Source of the DNA: Candidatus Krumholzibacteriota bacterium | GTDB lineage: Bacteria > Krumholzibacteriota > Krumholzibacteriia > JAJRXK01 | Assembly (NCBI GenBank): GCA_963727455.1 | Contig: CAVSGG010000010.1 | Location: 32,001 to 96,000 of the forward strand | Length of the DNA: 64,000 nucleotides | Reading direction: 5' to 3' | In this document: in pieces, positions 58,358 through 64,000 of the stretch | Numbering within the stretch: position 1 is the stretch's first letter | Layout: each line of letters opens with the position of its first letter | Made by a program: the position numbers and the translations under genes | Notes under the pieces: generated by a model | Told to the model about the DNA's origin: nothing | What the model saw: only the letters and a program-made list of their open reading frames with translations | The model's database searches: none

Positions 58358-61351
58358 ATGTCATTCACAGAGTTTCTGGAGAGTATCTTCGGTAGTAAGT
58401 CGCAGCGCGACTACAAGAAATACGCGCCTTTGGTCGAGGAGGTCAAAGAAGCGCGCGCGCCGATGAAGGATTGGGACGACGCGAAGCTGCAGTCGATGAC
58501 CGATGCCTTCCGCAAACGACTGCAAGAGGGCGAGACGGTCGACGATCTGATGATCGAGGCCTTCGCCGTGGTGTGGGAGACTTGCCGGCGACTCGCAGAG
58601 CGCAAGGCGAGCTGGGAGGTGCACGGCCGGGAGGTCGTGTGGGACATGGTTCCCTACGACGTGCAGATCCTGGGTGGCATGGTGCTGCACCGCGGAATCA
58701 TCGCGGAGATGGCCACCGGGGAAGGCAAGACCCTGGTGGCGGTCTTTCCCCTCTACCTCAATGCCTTGGCGGGCAAGGGCGCTCATCTGGTGACGGTGAA
58801 CGACTATCTGGCGCAGCGCGACGCGGAGTGGATGGGAGGGGTCTACCGCTTTTTGGGCCTGACCGTCGGCTTCATTCGCAACGAGATGAGTCCCGTCCAG
58901 AGACGCGCCGCCTACAACTCGGACATCACCTACGGCACCAACAATGAATTCGGCTTCGATTACCTGCGCGACAACATGGCGGTGAGGCGCGAAGACCTCG
59001 TCCAGCGCGATTTCCACTACGTGATCGTGGACGAGGTCGACTCCTGTCTCATCGACGAGGCGCGCACCCCTCTCATCATCTCGGGCCCGGTGGGAGAGAG
59101 CACGCACCGTTTCGGAGAGCTCAAACCGCTAGTCGAGACGCTCGTGCACAAGCAGACCCGCTTGCTCAACAACTACCTGGCCGATGCGGAGAAGGTTATT
59201 CGCAGCGGCGAGGAAGTCGACCACGAGACCGGTTTGAAACTCCTGCGAGTGAGCCGCGGAGGCGCGAAATTGCCGCGCTTCATGAAGCTGCGCAAGGAAC
59301 CCGGCGTGCAGGACATCATTCGGCGCGTGGAATCCGACTACCTGCGCGACAAAAACATGTGGGAAGCGGACGAAGATCTGTTCTACGTGATCCAGGAGAA
59401 GGAAAACACCGTCGATCTGACCGAGAAAGGACGCCGCGAGTTTGGCTCGAGGGATCCCGATTTCTTCATCCTGCCCGACCTCTCGGTGGAATTGGGAAGC
59501 ATCGAAAAGGACGAATCGCTCAGCGAAAAAGAGAAGGCCGAAAGAATCGAAACCGTGCACCGGGTGTACGGCGAGCGCAACGAAGGCATCCACAACGTCC
59601 AGCAGCTCCTGAAGGCCTACGCGCTGTTCAGCAAGGACGACGAATATGTCATCCAAGACGGCAAGATCATGATCGTGGACGAATTCACGGGGCGCATCAT
59701 GCCCGGACGCCGCTTCAGCGAAGGCTTGCACAGCGCCTTGGAAGCCAAAGAGGGCGTGAAGATCGAGGCCGAGACGCAGACTTACGCCACCATCACTCTG
59801 CAGAATTTCTTCCGCATGTACGACAAGCTGGCCGGGATGACGGGAACGGCGGAGACCGAGGCGGCGGAGTTCCACGAGATTTACAAGTTGGACGTGGTGG
59901 TCATCCCCACCAACAAGCCGATCCGCCGCGAGGATTACAACGACCAGATCTATCGCACCAAGCGTGAGAAGTACAACGCGATCGTGGAGGAAGTGGCGGA
60001 GCTGAACGAGTTGGGCCTGCCGATCTTGGTGGGAACGACCACCGTCGAGGTGAGCGAAACTCTCTCGCGGCTATTCAAGCGGCGTGGCATCCGCCACAAC
60101 GTTCTCAACGCCAAGCACCACAAGCGCGAAGCGGAGATCGTGGAGGAAGCCGGCCAATGGGGTTCGGTGACCATCGCCACGAACATGGCGGGTCGCGGAA
60201 CTGACATCAAGCTGGGCGAGGGCGTGAAGAGCGAAAGTGGAGAGCGGGAGGGCCGCCCCGCCGGCCTGTGGATCATCGGCAGCGAACGGCACGAGAGCCG
60301 GCGCATCGATCGCCAGCTGCGCGGTCGTGCCGGCCGCCAAGGGGACCCCGGCGCGAGCCTCTTCTACCTCTCGCTGGAAGATGATCTCATGCGGCTCTTC
60401 GCGTCCGATCGTGTTTCGAAGGTCATGGACCGCATGGGCTTGCAGGAGGGCGAGGTCATCACCCATGGGCTGGTAACCAAGGCCATCGAGAAGGCCCAGA
60501 TCCGCGTCGAGCAGCAGAACTTCAGCATCCGCAAGCGCCTCCTGGACTACGACGACGTGATGAACAAGCAACGCGAGGTCATTTACGAGTGGCGGCGCAG
60601 CCTCTTGATCAACGAGGAGGGTCGCGAGTCCACGCTGGATCTCATCGAGGATGCTGTCGACCAGATGATCGAGGGGCGGACCTCGGACAGGGACCCGGCG
60701 GAGTACTGGGACTGGGCCGGTCTCAGCCTGGACATGAGCACCACCTTCTTGATTCCGCTTCCGGTGCCCGAGGAGCTGCGCGACAGCATCGGACAGGAGA
60801 GCCTGCGCGAAAACCTCCTGGAAGCGGCCACGCGGGCGTACCGCGCGAAGGTGGAGCGGTTGGGTCCGCCGATCGCCAAGCAGCTCGAGCAACACGTGAC
60901 CTTGCGCACCATCGACGAGATGTGGAAGGACCATTTGCACGAGCTCGATACCCTACGCAGCGGAATCGGATTGAGAGCCTACGGCCAGAAGGACCCGCTC
61001 CTGGAGTACAAGGCGGAGAGTTTCGAACTTTTCCAGTTGGTGATGGAGCGCATTCGCAGCGAGGCGGTCACCCGCTTCTTTCGTTTCGAGCTGGTCCAGA
61101 CTCCGCCCGAGGCCACGGCCGCCTTGTCCGGTGGCACCGCGCAGAAAGCGCAGGCCAGCGCCTACGCTGCCGCCGGTGCCCAGCAGGGCGGTGCGCAGTC
61201 GGCCACTGCAATTGGCACTCTGAACCGCGAGGGTGGGGCGCCCCAGCCCTCGACCCCGGTGGTCCGTGATCATCCCAAAGTGGGACGCAACGATCCCTGT
61301 CCCTGTGGCAGCGGCAAGAAGTACAAGAAGTGTCACGGGCGAAAAACCTGA
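58358..61351 (+). CDS. secA: Preprotein translocase ATPase SecA
   Basis: [62 protein letters not shown] motif [18 protein letters not shown]. Confidence 0.98.
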   Translation: MSFTEFLESIFGSKSQRDYKKYAPLVEEVKEARAPMKDWDDAKLQSMTDAFRKRLQEGETVDDLMIEAFAVVWETCRRLAERKASWEVHGREVVWDMVPYDVQILGGMVLHRGIIAEMATGEGKTLVAVFPLYLNALAGKGAHLVTVNDYLAQRDAEWMGGVYRFLGLTVGFIRNEMSPVQRRAAYNSDITYGTNNEFGFDYLRDNMAVRREDLVQRDFHYVIVDEVDSCLIDEARTPLIISGPVGESTHRFGELKPLVETLVHKQTRLLNNYLADAEKVIRSGEEVDHETGLKLLRVSRGGAKLPRFMKLRKEPGVQDIIRRVESDYLRDKNMWEADEDLFYVIQEKENTVDLTEKGRREFGSRDPDFFILPDLSVELGSIEKDESLSEKEKAERIETVHRVYGERNEGIHNVQQLLKAYALFSKDDEYVIQDGKIMIVDEFTGRIMPGRRFSEGLHSALEAKEGVKIEAETQTYATITLQNFFRMYDKLAGMTGTAETEAAEFHEIYKLDVVVIPTNKPIRREDYNDQIYRTKREKYNAIVEEVAELNELGLPILVGTTTVEVSETLSRLFKRRGIRHNVLNAKHHKREAEIVEEAGQWGSVTIATNMAGRGTDIKLGEGVKSESGEREGRPAGLWIIGSERHESRRIDRQLRGRAGRQGDPGASLFYLSLEDDLMRLFASDRVSKVMDRMGLQEGEVITHGLVTKAIEKAQIRVEQQNFSIRKRLLDYDDVMNKQREVIYEWRRSLLINEEGRESTLDLIEDAVDQMIEGRTSDRDPAEYWDWAGLSLDMSTTFLIPLPVPEELRDSIGQESLRENLLEAATRAYRAKVERLGPPIAKQLEQHVTLRTIDEMWKDHLHELDTLRSGIGLRAYGQKDPLLEYKAESFELFQLVMERIRSEAVTRFFRFELVQTPPEATAALSGGTAQKAQASAYAAAGAQQGGAQSATAIGTLNREGGAPQPSTPVVRDHPKVGRNDPCPCGSGKKYKKCHGRKT

Positions 61352-61355
61352 GCGA

Positions 61356-62678
61356 ATGCGAAAACCCGTCACCCTCATCGGCGGTGGCCTGGCCGGGTCC
61401 GAAGCCGCGCTGCAACTCGCGGCGCGCGGGCATTCCGTCCGCCTCTTCGAAATGCGGCCCACGCAGTCGACCGAAGCGCACAAGAGTGCCGACCTGGCCG
61501 AAATCGTCTGCAGCAATTCTTTCAAGAGCGAACGTGACGACACTGCGGCCGGTGTACTCAAGCTCGAACTCGATCTTCTGGGCTGCCGGCTGCTCGGCTT
61601 CGCACGGGATGCGCGGGTGCCGGCGGGCGCAGCATTGGCCATGGACCGCGAGCGCTTCTCCGGCGCGGTGACGCGCGCTCTGCTCGAAAGTCCAAACCTG
61701 AGCGTGGTGCGACAGGAGGCCGAGAGGATACCCGAGGAGCGGCCGTGTATCATCGCCACCGGCCCTTTGACCTCGGCCGCTCTGCAGGCGGATTTGGGCC
61801 GCTTGCTCGGCGAGGAATCTCTCTACTTCTACGACGCGATCGCGCCCTCGGTTCTTCTGGACTCGGTGGATCGCGAGATCGCGTTCAAGGCAGCGCGCTA
61901 CGAGAAGGGCGATGCCGATTACTACAACTGTCCCCTGAACAAGGCGGAGTACGAGCGCTTCGTGCACGAGCTTCTCGCGGCGGATCGCGTGCAGCCCAAG
62001 GACTTCGAAAAGGCGGCCTACTTTCAGGGTTGCATGCCAATCGAGGCCATCGCCGAGGGCGGTCGCGAGAGTCTACGCTTTGGCCCGATGCGGCCGGTGG
62101 GTCTGCGGGACCCACGTACGGGATGCCGTCCCTGGGCGGTGGTGCAGCTGCGGCAGGAGACGCTGGATGGAACGCTTTTCGGGCTGGTGGGATTCCAGAC
62201 CCAGCTCAAGTACCCCGAGCAGCGGCGCATCTTCTCCTTGATTCCCGGACTGGAGCAAGCGGAGTTCGCGCGTCTGGGAAGCCTTCACCGCAATACCTTC
62301 ATCAACAGCCCGAAGCATCTCGACGAGAGACTGCAGCTGCGTGGGCGCGAGGGCCTTCATCTCGCGGGACAGATGATCGGCTGCGAGGGTTATGTGGAGA
62401 GCATCGCCACCGGACTGGTGGCGGCACTCGCGGTGCACGCGCGGCAAGCGGATCTTCCCTTCGCGCCGCCGCCGCGAGAATCGATTCTCGGCGCGCTCCT
62501 GGCCTACCTGCGTCAGGACACTGGCCAGCGTCCCAGTCCCATGAACGTGAACTTCGGCCTCTTGCCGCCGCTGGAGGAGCGAATCAGGAGCAAACGGGAG
62601 CGCAAACAGGCGCTGGCCGCGCGTGCCGTCGCCGCCATGCGCGATTGGCGCGAGGAATTCGCAGCGCTTTTCACCTGA
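61356..62678 (+). CDS. trmFO: Folate/FAD-dependent tRNA m5U54 methyltransferase TrmFO
   Basis: IGGGLAGSEAA, EIVCSNS, ATGPLTS, YFYDAIAP, AVVQLRQE, HRNTF, EGYVES, MNVNFG. Confidence 0.95.
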   Translation: MRKPVTLIGGGLAGSEAALQLAARGHSVRLFEMRPTQSTEAHKSADLAEIVCSNSFKSERDDTAAGVLKLELDLLGCRLLGFARDARVPAGAALAMDRERFSGAVTRALLESPNLSVVRQEAERIPEERPCIIATGPLTSAALQADLGRLLGEESLYFYDAIAPSVLLDSVDREIAFKAARYEKGDADYYNCPLNKAEYERFVHELLAADRVQPKDFEKAAYFQGCMPIEAIAEGGRESLRFGPMRPVGLRDPRTGCRPWAVVQLRQETLDGTLFGLVGFQTQLKYPEQRRIFSLIPGLEQAEFARLGSLHRNTFINSPKHLDERLQLRGREGLHLAGQMIGCEGYVESIATGLVAALAVHARQADLPFAPPPRESILGALLAYLRQDTGQRPSPMNVNFGLLPPLEERIRSKRERKQALAARAVAAMRDWREEFAALFT

Positions 62679-62721
62679 GAGAAGAGCGGAGCCGCCAAAG
62701 GACTGCTACACTGCCAGCAGA

Positions 62722-63675
62722 ATGCCAGCCGTCCCCGAATTGGAGCAAGCCTGGATCGACCACCTCCGGGCGATCCGCGGATTGTCTCCGCGGACCTTGG
62801 AAGCCTACGCGCGCGACCTGGATTCGGTGCGGAGAGCCCTCAAAGCACAAATAACACAAGATACGAATTGGCTTGAGATTGACGCTGATCAGCTAAGAAT
62901 CTGGTTTAGATATGAACGCGGGCGCGGAATCAGCTCGAGGAGCTTGGCGCGCCGCCTCTCGGCCCTGCGCAGCTTCTTCAAGTTCCTCAAGAGCAAGGGG
63001 CTCAGGGCAGACCAGCCCACGCGCGCCCTGCACACTCCGCGGCTGAGCCGGCGGCTGCCGCGGGTACCGTCCGAAGAACTCGTGAAGCTCTTGCTGGAGA
63101 GTCCGGATTGCGCCACCGAGCGCGGCCGGCGGGACCGCGCGATCTTGGAGCTGCTCTACGGATGCGGCCTACGTCTAAGTGAATTGGTGGCGCTGCAACT
63201 CGCTGAAATCGATCTGCCCGGCGAGACGATGCGCGTGTTGGGAAAGGGAGCGAAGGAGAGAATCGTCCCTCTGGTGGGTGAAGCGAAGTACCGGCTTTCG
63301 GACTATCTTTCTCGCCGCTTGCCGGTAGAGGTCTACGATGCGCTGGCCCAGGGCGCCTTGCGCGGGGAGGATCGCGCGGTGCCCGTATTCTTGGGTCGCG
63401 CGGGTCGTCGAATCGCGCGGCGCACGGTGCAGGCGATGCTCGCCCGAACGATGCGCGCGGCTGCCCTGGGAACGGGCCTTTCGCCTCACGATCTCAGACA
63501 CGCTTTCGCGACGCATCTCTTGGACCGGGGCGCTGAGCTGCGCGGAGTGCAGGAGCTTTTGGGTCATGCCAGCCTCTCCACCACGCAGATCTACACCCAC
63601 GTTTCCTCGGCGCGCTTGAAAGAGGTCTATGGGCAGGCCCACCCGCGGGCAGGAGAGGAGAGAGAGGAAAAGTGA
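62722..63675 (+). CDS. xerC: Tyrosine recombinase XerC
   Basis: [46 protein letters not shown]; lies in the conserved trmFO-xerC-hslV context. Confidence 0.9.
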   Translation: MPAVPELEQAWIDHLRAIRGLSPRTLEAYARDLDSVRRALKAQITQDTNWLEIDADQLRIWFRYERGRGISSRSLARRLSALRSFFKFLKSKGLRADQPTRALHTPRLSRRLPRVPSEELVKLLLESPDCATERGRRDRAILELLYGCGLRLSELVALQLAEIDLPGETMRVLGKGAKERIVPLVGEAKYRLSDYLSRRLPVEVYDALAQGALRGEDRAVPVFLGRAGRRIARRTVQAMLARTMRAAALGTGLSPHDLRHAFATHLLDRGAELRGVQELLGHASLSTTQIYTHVSSARLKEVYGQAHPRAGEEREEK

Positions 63676-64000
63676 ATCCGAAGATTCTAGGGACGACGAT
63701 CTTGGGAGTGCGACGCGGCCGCGAGGTCTGCATCGGTGGCGACGGCCAGGTCACCTTCGGCGAAGTCACCATGAAGCGAGGCGCAAATAAGGTGCGCACC
63801 CTACAGGACGGGAAGATTTTGGCGGGTTTCGCGGGAAGCACGGCCGACGCCTTCACGCTCTTCGAAAAATTCGAGGGACACCTCGACGCCAAGGGAGGCA
63901 ATCTCCCGCGGGCCGCGGTGGCCCTGGCCAAGGAATGGCGCAGCGATCGGGTGCTCCGGCGGCTCGAAGCGTTGCTGGCGGTGATGGACGCCGAACACTC
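63672..64000 (+). CDS. hslV: ATP-dependent protease peptidase subunit HslV, 3'-truncated by window edge
   Basis: Translated by hand (absent from the ORF track): GTG start, then GTTILGVRR...GDGQVT...[13 protein letters not shown]...[14 protein letters not shown]. Confidence 0.95.
   Translation, partial: MNPKILGTTILGVRRGREVCIGGDGQVTFGEVTMKRGANKVRTLQDGKILAGFAGSTADAFTLFEKFEGHLDAKGGNLPRAAVALAKEWRSDRVLRRLEALLAVMDAEH

Noticed and set aside
62840-62915. AT-rich patch inside xerC (a similar one lies in comEC near 45950-46020)
   Set aside because: The reading frame is intact and I found no well-spaced promoter or repeat. The patch is too short to indicate foreign DNA.
62722-63675. Tyrosine recombinase as a sign of a mobile element
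   Set aside because: It is XerC-like and lies in the conserved housekeeping trmFO-xerC-hslV order, with no att sites or cargo.

Overview
High-GC (roughly two-thirds by eye) bacterial chromosomal segment with no phage, IS, integron or CRISPR array. Several markers point to a non-Bacteroidota member of the FCB supergroup (Latescibacterota/Krumholzibacteriota/Eisenbacteria-like; inference): FlgD-Ig C-terminal tails with NxPNPFNP, a PorV/PorQ-family barrel, a Bacteroidota/Chlorobi-type GlmU-like protein, a bS22-like peptide and SecA with an FCB-type insertion. Contents in order: a partial polysaccharide-deacetylase-like gene; two tandem ~1600-aa gingipain-like (C25) proteases with FG-GAP repeats; clpB; a metal-uptake operon (leader ORF, OM barrel, ZnuA-like, ZnuB-like); an ABC peptide-binding protein; a metzincin lipoprotein; an AlkP-superfamily enzyme; fbp; two orphan lipoproteins; divergent tRNA-Leu(CAA) and tRNA-Ala(GGC); a GlmU-like gene; a six-gene bacterial microcompartment operon; HU/IHF; bS22; rnr; PilZ, a histidine kinase and two sigma54 activators; PorV/PorQ; thiE-like; mltD; a GGDEF cyclase; comEC; purC-purH-guaA; an M6 protease; Slt; TPR and J-domain genes; csp; secA; trmFO-xerC-hslV. 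The best candidate for a new system is at 13955-14316. A leader peptide (TM helix, HHH, CxxC, C-terminal RGPP) has Gly-Pro-Pro codons that themselves form the anti-Shine-Dalgarno arm of a hairpin hiding the ribosome-binding site of the metal-uptake operon. This is the layout of a metal-sensing ribosome-stalling switch. Second is a microcompartment locus that has no signature enzyme and is preceded by a structured intergenic region.
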